The notes under the pieces were generated by a model. The model was not told the DNA's origin. It made no database searches and worked only from the letters and a program-made list of their open reading frames with translations. Of a stretch of 64,000 bases of DNA, positions 53,283 to 62,455 are shown one piece after another. The stretch is from the UHGV virus genome UHGV-1356548. One strand, written 5' to 3'. Position 1 is the first letter of the stretch. Each line of letters starts with the position of its first letter. A program made the translations under genes and the position numbers. The DNA comes from a virus.

Positions 53283-56200
53283 ATGGCTGATATTAAAGTT
53301 GTCAGAATTGAATCTCTTCCTGCCACTACCGCAGTGACAGAGGATGATTACCTGGTTGTTCAACAACCAGACCTGACCCGTCGTGTAAAAATTGGCGATG
53401 TTGTCCATGTTGATGGGACTGTTTCTCATGTAATCTCCTTTAAGGAAGGTGGTAAGTTAAACGGCCCAATGGATTTTGCCTACTTCGAAGAGGAAGACCT
53501 CTACCTACGTTGGAAAGGCGAATTTCCGCACACTGTTCCTGCACTGTCTTCACCGTACTCCGATGGTGGGATCACTGATGCTGCATGGATGGTATATACT
53601 GACCCGTCCTTAAGGGAGGAGCTGGAATCTACCATTGGCGCATCTATGATCATGACAGCCGAAGGGCAGTCTGTCCAGGATGTAATGGATGTTACTGTTC
53701 AGACAGCTAACGATGCCAAAGCACTTGCACAGCGTGTAGATTTTGGTACAGTGCACACTGTAGGCGATGTTATTCACCTTGATAACTTTGTTGGCCCTGC
53801 AGTTATTGAAGAGGGAAGAACTACCAACTACCCTTCTGTAGCAGCTGGTGAAAAATTTCTGAACGGTGTGGTATCTCGTCGTGATACTACAACTGTTGAT
53901 GGTATTTTCCGTGGCGCTACCACCGGAGCCATGTACACCATTGCAGTAACCAACGGTGTAGCAACAACGAAAAGAATAGCACTTCGTGATGAATTTAAAC
54001 GCCTAGAGGCAAACAACCCAACAAGAACAGTTATCCGTGCTGGAGATGATTTAAATACGGCAGGGTACTTGCAGCTTGATGCAACAGGCCGTTGGGGTAT
54101 GTGGAACCAACAAACAGCTTCGTGGCAACCTCTTGCTATAGAGCAAGGCGGCACAGGGGCTAGAGATGCCGCTGGAGTCCGTATCAATATCGGTGCTTTC
54201 TATAAGCAACGTGCAGCCCTTGAGCCAAATTTCAATATCAATAACTTGACTGGTAATCAGGATGGTGTATACTACCAGCCGATGACTGCTTATGCAACTG
54301 AGGCAAATGGTTACCCTGCAGGTTCTGGTGCTGGTCACTTGATTGTCTGGCAGAACAATGCTAACGGCGGTACAGGTTGTCGTCAGGAATACTATCCATT
54401 CTCTAACGTAGATGTTTGGTATTTGAGAACCTATCAGGCCAACACAAATCAGTGGACTGCATGGCAGCCGATGGTCAGACCTCGTAACGATGATACCTTT
54501 AGATCGCACATCGGTCTCGGGTCTAGAAATACCCCTACCTTCGGGCACCTTTACCTATCTCAAAGCACTTCTGAGGTTAAGTCTCCATCAGGTATTCTCC
54601 ATGGGGATAAATACGGCGCTGACGGTGTCCTTGAGCATGGGTATAGGATCTACTCTGAGGTAAGAAACGACAATAAGGCTTGGTTGACAATCCACCTGCA
54701 CAAAGGCGCAAAAGGATCTGAAACTCATAGCTATTTAGGCTTCCGTGAGGATGGGGTCTTAGATTGTCCTAAATATATGCAGGTTGGTGATCTGAACGGT
54801 CAGCTGGCAAACTGGGGACTTGGAGAGTGGATCCGTAGTTCAGGGGCAGAAAGAGGCTTCTGGGGGTCCAAGAAAGCCGCCAAGATGGTTGTCTGGGATG
54901 GCGGTATGGACGAGCAAGGTGAAGGAACGCTTGAATGGGGTGTTTATAACAACCGGAAGGCCAAGTGGGAACCTCTACCTCAAGCCGCAGGTGGCACTGG
55001 GGCTACAACTTTAGCAGATGCTCAGAATCTGTTCAAAGTTCCTATAGCAGCAGGTGTAAAAGACTTCTTAACACTGCCAAGAACCGCAGGGATGGAAGAT
55101 GGGAAATACTACCCAATCATCGTTAGAACAGATCCGTATTACGCCCCTTCGACAGGTACAGATATTACTATAGTCACCAGGTCTTCATCTGGAAATGACC
55201 CTATGAACTGTGCGACCTTACAGTGTCACTATAGAACTGGTGGTTGGACAGACAGAGGAGACTCTTTCTACGGGGTAGTAAATTTCTACCAGAATGAAAA
55301 AGCACTTCTTGGGATGGTTGCTCCAACAAGGGGTAAACAAGAATATGTTGCTTTCTATGCAGAGGCGCGTGCTTTCCCTGTCAGCATATACGCAAGTAGA
55401 AATGTTGTCGAGGTGTTTACCAGGGAGCAAGATTACCAGGTTGGCTCTGTAACAGACAATCAGGACGGTGTTAAGTTCGTTGCACCTCTCCAGTCAGCAG
55501 ATTTGAATCTTGCTGTTCTTGGAGATAATAATACCAACACCAGACCTATTGTTGACTTCAAAGGGACTTCAGGGTTCTACACTGGTGGCGGCACACAGTG
55601 GCACTATATAGGCACTGCTGAACGCTATGCTGTGATGAGCAAAATGAATATGCCAAAAGTCGAGCTATGGGCAGACGGTCTTAACTATTTGTGCTACGGC
55701 AGTCCTAGAAAGGCGTTATTCTCTAATGCAGGCTTCCAGTGTGCATCAGATGGGACAGAGGATCTGACTAACGGTACGTTTACCTCTAAATGCGGTAATG
55801 GTGCTGGTCTCAAAGGACAGGCAGAGTTCAGATCTACTCCAGAGGCTGGTCAAGTTATTGTTCGTGATGTTGTAGGTTCTGCTCACAAATTCTACAACTT
55901 CAACAAAGATGGCACTTTCTCAGCTCCTGGTGGTTTTGTATGCCACACAGGTGCAGACTGGAACAACCAGTTCGGAAATAACAACCCTTCTAAAATAATG
56001 GCTGGTAACGTCAACGGACCTGAAGGTTCCATGGTTGTAGCAGGGTTGTCGGTTGGTTTTTCTGGAAACTACGCTTTCCAGATGGCAGGTCGTTTAGACC
56101 AGCTGTACACTCGTTCCATAGAGCAGGGAAACCACAGAGCGTGGAACAAAGTTATTCAGCACCGTGGTCAAGGGTTGGGAACTAATGACCTTAACGACTA

Positions 56201-57083
56201 CAAAGGGGATAGAGAGGGTTTTTATCACCAAGAGGCCAATGCTCAGGCCACTCCGGAGAGAAACTACCCTTGTGCTCAGGCAGGTACACTTATTGTGTAC
56301 AGGAATTACGCCAACGTGCCTGAGAGCTGTGTGCAGGAATATGTATCATATCTTGGGGAAAAATTCCTGCGTTATGGAACAACAATAGGTAGTGTTTTCA
56401 CATGGGGACCTTGGCAGCAGCTTGGTGGCAAAGGGATCACTTTGAAAACTCAAGGTTCGAATCTTGACCCAGAGTTTATAATCCACACTGGCGGCGGAGC
56501 TACTGTTGGCAACAGTTCCAACATACCTGCTAATACAGGTAGGTTATATTATTGGGGCAATGGTGCAGACCGGAAGAATGTGCTTGAGTTCCAGATAAGT
56601 GATAACTCAACACTCTCCAACTGGGTATTCCATTGCGGGGCCAAGACAGATGAGGCCAAATCAAGATATTTTGCTGTCAATGGTGCAGTAGAATGCACCA
56701 CTGTTAGTCAAAGTTCTGACCGTGACCTGAAGGATAATATCGAGGTCATACCTAACGCTGTAGAAGCTATCCGGAAGATGAAAGGCTATACCTATACTTT
56801 AAAAGAGAATGGTATGCCTTACGCAGGGGTAATTGCTCAAGAAGTTATGGAAGCATTACCAGAAGCGGTTGGGTCTTTCGTGCAAAGGAAAGAGGTTCCA
56901 GGGCCTACTCAAGACGGCACCCCTCTGATGACTGAGGAAAGATTCTATAACGTTGACTATGCAGCTGTAACAGGCTTGCTTGTCCAGGTTTGCAGGGAAC
57001 AGGACGATAAAATAACCGCCCTTGAGGAGCAGGTTAAAAAATTGACAGAGGTTGTTACTGGGTTGCAAGAGAAACTGAAGTAA
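53283..57083 (+). CDS. long tail fiber with C-terminal S74-type intramolecular chaperone (autoproteolytic) domain
   Basis: 1266 aa; C-terminal SDRDLKDNIEV...GVIAQEV...coiled-coil signature of endosialidase/L-shaped-fiber chaperone domains; internal duplicated module (GHLIVWQNNANGGTGCRQEYYPF / GTLIVYRNYANVPESCVQEYVSY). Confidence 0.75.
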   Translation: MADIKVVRIESLPATTAVTEDDYLVVQQPDLTRRVKIGDVVHVDGTVSHVISFKEGGKLNGPMDFAYFEEEDLYLRWKGEFPHTVPALSSPYSDGGITDAAWMVYTDPSLREELESTIGASMIMTAEGQSVQDVMDVTVQTANDAKALAQRVDFGTVHTVGDVIHLDNFVGPAVIEEGRTTNYPSVAAGEKFLNGVVSRRDTTTVDGIFRGATTGAMYTIAVTNGVATTKRIALRDEFKRLEANNPTRTVIRAGDDLNTAGYLQLDATGRWGMWNQQTASWQPLAIEQGGTGARDAAGVRINIGAFYKQRAALEPNFNINNLTGNQDGVYYQPMTAYATEANGYPAGSGAGHLIVWQNNANGGTGCRQEYYPFSNVDVWYLRTYQANTNQWTAWQPMVRPRNDDTFRSHIGLGSRNTPTFGHLYLSQSTSEVKSPSGILHGDKYGADGVLEHGYRIYSEVRNDNKAWLTIHLHKGAKGSETHSYLGFREDGVLDCPKYMQVGDLNGQLANWGLGEWIRSSGAERGFWGSKKAAKMVVWDGGMDEQGEGTLEWGVYNNRKAKWEPLPQAAGGTGATTLADAQNLFKVPIAAGVKDFLTLPRTAGMEDGKYYPIIVRTDPYYAPSTGTDITIVTRSSSGNDPMNCATLQCHYRTGGWTDRGDSFYGVVNFYQNEKALLGMVAPTRGKQEYVAFYAEARAFPVSIYASRNVVEVFTREQDYQVGSVTDNQDGVKFVAPLQSADLNLAVLGDNNTNTRPIVDFKGTSGFYTGGGTQWHYIGTAERYAVMSKMNMPKVELWADGLNYLCYGSPRKALFSNAGFQCASDGTEDLTNGTFTSKCGNGAGLKGQAEFRSTPEAGQVIVRDVVGSAHKFYNFNKDGTFSAPGGFVCHTGADWNNQFGNNNPSKIMAGNVNGPEGSMVVAGLSVGFSGNYAFQMAGRLDQLYTRSIEQGNHRAWNKVIQHRGQGLGTNDLNDYKGDREGFYHQEANAQATPERNYPCAQAGTLIVYRNYANVPESCVQEYVSYLGEKFLRYGTTIGSVFTWGPWQQLGGKGITLKTQGSNLDPEFIIHTGGGATVGNSSNIPANTGRLYYWGNGADRKNVLEFQISDNSTLSNWVFHCGAKTDEAKSRYFAVNGAVECTTVSQSSDRDLKDNIEVIPNAVEAIRKMKGYTYTLKENGMPYAGVIAQEVMEALPEAVGSFVQRKEVPGPTQDGTPLMTEERFYNVDYAAVTGLLVQVCREQDDKITALEEQVKKLTEVVTGLQEKLK

Positions 57084-57090
57084 CTGTTTT

Positions 57091-57118
57091 GCCCTCGCTT
57101 CGGCGGGGGCTTTTTGTT
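57091..57118 (+). terminator. rho-independent terminator
   Basis: GCCCTCGC-TTCG-GCGGGGGC hairpin followed by TTTTT. Confidence 0.65.
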
Positions 57119-57122
57119 TGTA

Positions 57123-57151
57123 TTGCGTATTAACTCAAAATCTGGTAAAAT
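57123..57151 (+). promoter_or_regulatory. sigma70-like promoter with extended -10 (TGgTAAAAT)
   Basis: TTGCGT, 17-bp spacer ending TGG, TAAAAT. Confidence 0.5.
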
Positions 57152-57182
57152 AACTATCATGATTGTTTAACCTGGAGGCACA

Positions 57183-57773
57183 ATGTTTTTATGGGAAAGG
57201 CCTAGATACCTTCCAGATATTAGATTGGAGCTGCTGGCAGATATTGTTACGTTTAAAAGTCCGTTTACAGGTAAAACGCAAAAAGTAACCTATGCCACAC
57301 CTAACTGGAAAGGCACTTTGACGGTCTCCAATATCAGCGAGTCACAGTTGCTAGAGCTTAAGAGCTTTGTTGATCAGGTGTATAAAGATGGGAACATCTT
57401 TCTTATTAAAACTTACGGTCACTCTGTAACAGCTAACGAGCCAATCGCCCTTGGGCCTACTGGTAACGACGATTTTTTGAAGACGGTCGGGTGGGAGCCA
57501 AACAGAGACATAGCCAGAGCTGGTGATAAAATATCTGTGAACGATGAGTTGAAAGTGGTAACAGCTCCAGTGCGTAGTGATGGTGTTGGGTCTGCTGTTA
57601 TAGGCATATCTCCAAGACTTAGAAAACCTATTGCCGCAGGGGACACCATGAAGATAATAACTCAATCTCCGAAGGGTAGGTTTCATATCAGAGATATTTA
57701 TAAAATTAAGCAAAAAGTCGATGCTATGCAAAAAGGTGATAATATAGTTATCAACTTCTTTGAGGATTTTTAA
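57183..57773 (+). CDS. minor tail protein (candidate)
   Basis: 196-aa ORF opening the operon that ends with the J-like gene. Confidence 0.35.
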   Translation: MFLWERPRYLPDIRLELLADIVTFKSPFTGKTQKVTYATPNWKGTLTVSNISESQLLELKSFVDQVYKDGNIFLIKTYGHSVTANEPIALGPTGNDDFLKTVGWEPNRDIARAGDKISVNDELKVVTAPVRSDGVGSAVIGISPRLRKPIAAGDTMKIITQSPKGRFHIRDIYKIKQKVDAMQKGDNIVINFFEDF

Positions 57774-57774
57774 G

Positions 57775-58326
57775 ATGATCAGAGCGCCATTAGATAATTT
57801 ATTTCTTGAAAAGCTGGAGCTTGATGGTGTTGAGATCTTAATTGCTGCAAAGCTGGAGCTACCGACAGGAACTGTCAGAGTGTGCTCAGGCACTGGTGTT
57901 GTAGTAATTGAGGGGCAACATTTTATAGGGATAGGTGGATCAGCAACATTAACTGCTGTGTCTGAGAAAGATGCCACCAACTTCGGATCTGTGGTAGCAA
58001 CATTAAACGGGTTTGATCCCAAGTATGTGGGTGATCTGCTGAAGACGGAGTATTCTGGTTGTCGTGCCACGTTGTACATTACCGCTATGGAGAATGGTCT
58101 ACCTGTTACAACTAATGGCTTGTTTGACGGACTTATAACAGATATGGCTATTCAGACAGGTGAGAATAGTGCTTTGTCCATATCCATCTCTTCCATCTTC
58201 AACAGCTGGTTAAGAGGTTTTCCTTATCGGTACACGGAGGAAAGCCACAGCTCAAGAAACGATAATGACAGATTTTTTAAATATGTGGATCAGGTGGCGA
58301 GCCGCCCGATCATTTGGGAGGTTTAA
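57775..58326 (+). CDS. minor tail protein (candidate)
   Basis: Start at ATG 57775 right after the previous stop; 183 aa. Confidence 0.35.
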   Translation: MIRAPLDNLFLEKLELDGVEILIAAKLELPTGTVRVCSGTGVVVIEGQHFIGIGGSATLTAVSEKDATNFGSVVATLNGFDPKYVGDLLKTEYSGCRATLYITAMENGLPVTTNGLFDGLITDMAIQTGENSALSISISSIFNSWLRGFPYRYTEESHSSRNDNDRFFKYVDQVASRPIIWEV

Positions 58327-58751
58327 TGAGCACACACCCTCGTTTAGTGGATTGGCAAGAAAGATTGTGGAGAGTGTTTGACGAAGAGGCCACCATACCT
58401 TTTGAATGGGGATTCCACGATTGCTGCACCTTTGCAGCTAAGTGTGTTGATGCCCAATACGGAACAGATTTTCTTTCTAACTTCGAAGGAACGTATAAAA
58501 CAGAGTTGGAAAGCAAAAGATGGTGCATGCTCCGTTTCAAAACCACACACCTGCCTACTATTTTTGATCTCTTTATGACTCGACTAGATACTCCTAAACA
58601 GGTTCAGCGTGGCGATATTGTTATCTTCGAAGGTCTGAACGGGCTCACCGCTGGTGTGTTCTGGAACAACCAGATTTGGGCGAAAGGTGATAAAGGGGTC
58701 TTTATGTTCGACATGAAAGATTCTATCGTTGTTGATGTCTGGAGGTATTAA
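58326..58751 (+). CDS. minor tail protein (candidate, Cys/His-containing)
   Basis: Start ATG overlapping previous stop (TAATG); WGFHDCCTF segment; 141 aa. Confidence 0.35.
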   Translation: MSTHPRLVDWQERLWRVFDEEATIPFEWGFHDCCTFAAKCVDAQYGTDFLSNFEGTYKTELESKRWCMLRFKTTHLPTIFDLFMTRLDTPKQVQRGDIVIFEGLNGLTAGVFWNNQIWAKGDKGVFMFDMKDSIVVDVWRY

Positions 58752-61700
58752 TGCCAATTGCAATGATTGATAACATCGTTGCTTCTGCAAGATCTTCAAG
58801 TTATGACTGGAACGCATCCAAGGCAGCTCTGGCTGACAGCCTGAACACTGTTACCACCAGAACTCTGGATAAGATTTTTGAGGGCAACAAATCTTACAGA
58901 AGTCAGCAAGATAGACAAAAGCTTCTCAGATCTTCTGCTGCACCCTGCTCTGTAGTGTATGGGAAGACACGCACGTCTGGACTGCTTGCGTTTTTGGAGC
59001 AGGACAGAGACAGAACCCTCCATTGTGCCATTGTTCTTGCTAATCATCCTCTGGAAGGTATAGAGGACATACTCATCGACGGTAATCCTATTTCCTCGTA
59101 TGGAGATCTGGTATCGTGGGAGCTACATAACGACAGAAAAACATCTGATCCTTTCATGGGTACACACTGCCCATCATGGTCACCTGACATGATAGGTAGA
59201 GGGATCAGTTGGCTACGTGCCAGCTTCAGGTTTGACCCTAACAAGTTTCCTTTTGGGTTGCCAAACGTTACACTCGTTAAGGTTGGTAAAAAATGCTATG
59301 ATCCTCGCATCAGTAAAGAGGTGTATACCAATAACGCGGCCTTGGTGATTCTAGACTATTTAAGAACGTACCTTAAATGTCCTGACGAAACCATCAACTG
59401 GGAGTCCTTCAAGGAGGCTGCTAACATATGCGACGAGGCGGTAAAAAACGCAGACGGAACCAGTGAGCGCCGATACACCATTAATGGCGAGTTTGACATG
59501 GACGAGGCTCCGGCAAGCATTATGGCAGAGATGCTGAAAGCTTGTGGCGCAGATCTCAGCTATGTAGCTGGTAAGTATGGTTTGCTGGTTGGTGCATACT
59601 ATGGCCCGGCAACAATGACGCTGAGTGAGGATTGTGTCTGTGGTGAGGTCAAGATCTATCCGGAAGCCTCATTTGACAAAAGATCCAACACAATAACTGG
59701 CAGATTCACTAGTCCGACCAAAGGGTATTCTGAAACAGATTTTCCATCAGTGTTTGTCCCAGAGTGGATAGGGAAGGATGGAGAAAGAAAGATAATCGAT
59801 ATAGACTATCGCTTTGTTACCAGTCCTTATCAAGCTCAACGTGTTTCTGCAATCTTCCTAAGACGTGCCAGAGCTGGCAGGATTATTGAAGTCACCTGCA
59901 ATATGCGAGGTTTCAAATTTAAACCTGGTCGTTACGTTACAATGGACCTCCCAAGTATTGGTATAGTAGGCCAAGAAATGAGAGTTCTTGAATGGGAGTT
60001 TACCAAAAAGGGTGGTGTCAAGGTAAAACTTCGTCAAGATGCTAAAGAGTGGAATGATGCCACAGGGCAACTTCCGGATTCTGGCGATGTAGATATTCCG
60101 ATATCTCCATCTGGTGTAGCTCAACCGCAAAACTTCAGATATTCCGTTCTCCAAGCTGGAGAAGTAACTCACGGTGTTTTGGCTTGGGACAACGTTGGGA
60201 CTTATGCTCAAAACATTGTGCAGGTCAGGAAAAACGGAGAGATTGTCTGGACAGCGCAGACAGTTGAGCAGTTTGTCCGTGTTGAAGGTCTGACTAAAGG
60301 TTCCTACACAGCCACTGTTGTTGCAACATCTTATAAAGGTGGTGTATCTCCAGAAGCATACTGTGAGTTTAACATTCAGGCACCTGAGGCTCCGGTTTCT
60401 GTAGAAGTTAAACAGGGATACTTTGCTATTACCCTGATCCCGCATAGCAGAGCCTTGGCCAGTGTAAGCACCCAATATGACTTTTGGACATCTGGGATGA
60501 CAAGATTGCCAGATACCAGTGATGCAACCGTTACTTCAAAAGCCACTCGTATGGGTGTTGGTTCAACTTGGACATCTGAAGGTCTGCAGAACGATAAGAT
60601 TTATTATTGGTATATCAGGACAACAAATGCTTTTGGTTCATCTGCTTTTGTGGAGTGTGCAGCCCACTGTTACACATCCATAGAAGATCTTATGCCGCAG
60701 ATTGATGCTGAGTTCAAAAAGACAGAGACTTATAAAGAGCTTACCGCCAATCTCGATAATGCAGTCAAGGAAATGGATAAAAATGTTGGTGCAGTCAATG
60801 ACCGTGTTACTAGCATTTTTGAAGAGCTTGGAGATACAATAGAGGGTGTTGTCAGAGAGACGACAGAAAAATTTACAGGGGTTAATGGAGAAATTTCTGC
60901 CCTTAACAGTAAGCTGGTAGCAGCTCAGCAATCCTTTGACGATAAACTTGCAGCAGAGTCTGGTAGGCTTGGGTCACTAATCGAGACAACAAATAGATCA
61001 ACCGTTGATCTTGTTAATCGTAAAACTCAAGCATTGAGTGAGCAAATAACTGCAACTCAAGGTACTCTGCGGGAAGAGTTGAAGAACACTGAGAGCAAAC
61101 TTAACTCCTCTATTCAAGAAACCAACAAGGCAACAACCGACCTGCTAAATAAGACAACGGAAGCTATTAAGCAGGATCTGGTGGCAGCTACAGGGAAGAT
61201 CACCAAGCTGGAAGATGATGTGCAGAAAGAGGTTGCCAATCTGCAAGCATCTATTCAAGAAACTAATAGTACAACAGTTGATCTTGTTAATAATACAGCC
61301 ACAGCGATCCGTCAAGAACTTACCTCTGCAAAACAAGAAATTGTTGACGAAATGGGTAATATTGATGAGCTTAGGGCTACAGTATCTAATACCTCTAAAG
61401 CTGTAACAACACTTGAGGGTAAAATAGATGCTCAGTGGGGGGCTAAGATTCAGGTTGACAGCCATGGTAATAAATATGTGGCAGGTATCCAGCTGGGCAT
61501 GGAGGGGTCTGGAGGACAAGTTCAATCATACTTTATGGTTAGTGCAAACAACTTTGCGGTGTACAACCCTGGTAACGGCACAGCAACCCTTGCTTTCGCA
61601 ATCAAGAATAACCAAGCGTTCTTGAAAGACGCTTTTATAGAGAATGGCACGATCTCCTCTGCCAAGATCGCACAAGAAATTTCGTCAAACAACTACGATA

Positions 61701-62350
61701 GCAACGGGTACCATAACTACGGTTGGTATATTAACAAGAACGGGCACGCCCAATTTATGGATGTGTGGGTGAAAGGTAACATCAACGCCAGTTCTGGTAA
61801 CTTCACAGGGGCAGTTAACGCCACCAGTGGTACCTTCCGTGGTGATGTTTATGCCAATAATGGTAGCTTTAGAGGCACCATAGATGCAACCGGAGGTACC
61901 TTCCGTGGTCGTGTAGAAGCTTCTGTTATCCGTGCTAACCAGTTCGAAGGTGCGATTGTTGCACACAGGACTTACGGAGATTGTGCTCCAGTATATAACT
62001 CCCGGCAAAGGGTTTGCCGTTGGAGGTGGAGATACGTAGATAACGTTTCAGGTCAGGGTAAGAACGTAACATTCTTCTTTAAACTGAACGGTACTCTTGC
62101 CAGCTCCCAACTGAATGCATGGATAGCTGGTCATCAGATCCTTGCTGGCAAGAAGTATTTTAACGACAACAACGGCATGTGTGCGGTAGGGATAACAGGT
62201 CTGGGTGAACAAACTATAGACATTGTTATCGAGATTTACACACCGTGGTCAACGTCGAGCGTGACAGGTGTCACAATCTCCTGTCCCACTGTGATCGTTA
62301 GTCGTTCTAACTCAAGCTTCCAGGGACCTTGGAACGAGTCTCACGACTAA
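58751..62350 (+). CDS. host-specificity / central tail fiber protein, lambda J-like
   Basis: 1199 aa; several blocks align by eye to lambda gpJ (GYFAITLIPH vs GYFQITATPH; IRTTNAFGSSAFVE vs IRSVNTVGKSAFVE; KYVAGIQLGMEG vs HYVAGIGLSMED; YFMVSANNFAVYNPGNG vs QFLVAANRIAFIDPANG); C-terminal about 150 aa diverge. Confidence 0.7.
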   Translation: MPIAMIDNIVASARSSSYDWNASKAALADSLNTVTTRTLDKIFEGNKSYRSQQDRQKLLRSSAAPCSVVYGKTRTSGLLAFLEQDRDRTLHCAIVLANHPLEGIEDILIDGNPISSYGDLVSWELHNDRKTSDPFMGTHCPSWSPDMIGRGISWLRASFRFDPNKFPFGLPNVTLVKVGKKCYDPRISKEVYTNNAALVILDYLRTYLKCPDETINWESFKEAANICDEAVKNADGTSERRYTINGEFDMDEAPASIMAEMLKACGADLSYVAGKYGLLVGAYYGPATMTLSEDCVCGEVKIYPEASFDKRSNTITGRFTSPTKGYSETDFPSVFVPEWIGKDGERKIIDIDYRFVTSPYQAQRVSAIFLRRARAGRIIEVTCNMRGFKFKPGRYVTMDLPSIGIVGQEMRVLEWEFTKKGGVKVKLRQDAKEWNDATGQLPDSGDVDIPISPSGVAQPQNFRYSVLQAGEVTHGVLAWDNVGTYAQNIVQVRKNGEIVWTAQTVEQFVRVEGLTKGSYTATVVATSYKGGVSPEAYCEFNIQAPEAPVSVEVKQGYFAITLIPHSRALASVSTQYDFWTSGMTRLPDTSDATVTSKATRMGVGSTWTSEGLQNDKIYYWYIRTTNAFGSSAFVECAAHCYTSIEDLMPQIDAEFKKTETYKELTANLDNAVKEMDKNVGAVNDRVTSIFEELGDTIEGVVRETTEKFTGVNGEISALNSKLVAAQQSFDDKLAAESGRLGSLIETTNRSTVDLVNRKTQALSEQITATQGTLREELKNTESKLNSSIQETNKATTDLLNKTTEAIKQDLVAATGKITKLEDDVQKEVANLQASIQETNSTTVDLVNNTATAIRQELTSAKQEIVDEMGNIDELRATVSNTSKAVTTLEGKIDAQWGAKIQVDSHGNKYVAGIQLGMEGSGGQVQSYFMVSANNFAVYNPGNGTATLAFAIKNNQAFLKDAFIENGTISSAKIAQEISSNNYDSNGYHNYGWYINKNGHAQFMDVWVKGNINASSGNFTGAVNATSGTFRGDVYANNGSFRGTIDATGGTFRGRVEASVIRANQFEGAIVAHRTYGDCAPVYNSRQRVCRWRWRYVDNVSGQGKNVTFFFKLNGTLASSQLNAWIAGHQILAGKKYFNDNNGMCAVGITGLGEQTIDIVIEIYTPWSTSSVTGVTISCPTVIVSRSNSSFQGPWNESHD

Positions 62351-62359
62351 CCTTTAAAG

Positions 62360-62386
62360 CCCCGCTTCGGCGGGGTTTATTTTTAT
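62360..62386 (+). terminator. rho-independent terminator
   Basis: CCCCGC-TTCG-GCGGGG hairpin followed by TTTATTTTTAT. Confidence 0.7.
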
Positions 62387-62393
62387 GCTCAGA

Positions 62394-62422
62394 TTGACTA
62401 TTGTTACAAAATTTGGTAAAAT
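62394..62422 (+). promoter_or_regulatory. sigma70-like promoter with extended -10 (TGgTAAAAT)
   Basis: TTGACT, 17-bp spacer ending TGG, TAAAAT; followed by GGAGGA RBS and a GTG start at 62456. Confidence 0.5.
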
Positions 62423-62455
62423 ACCTTGTAGAGATTTTCATACCGGAGGAGTGAC

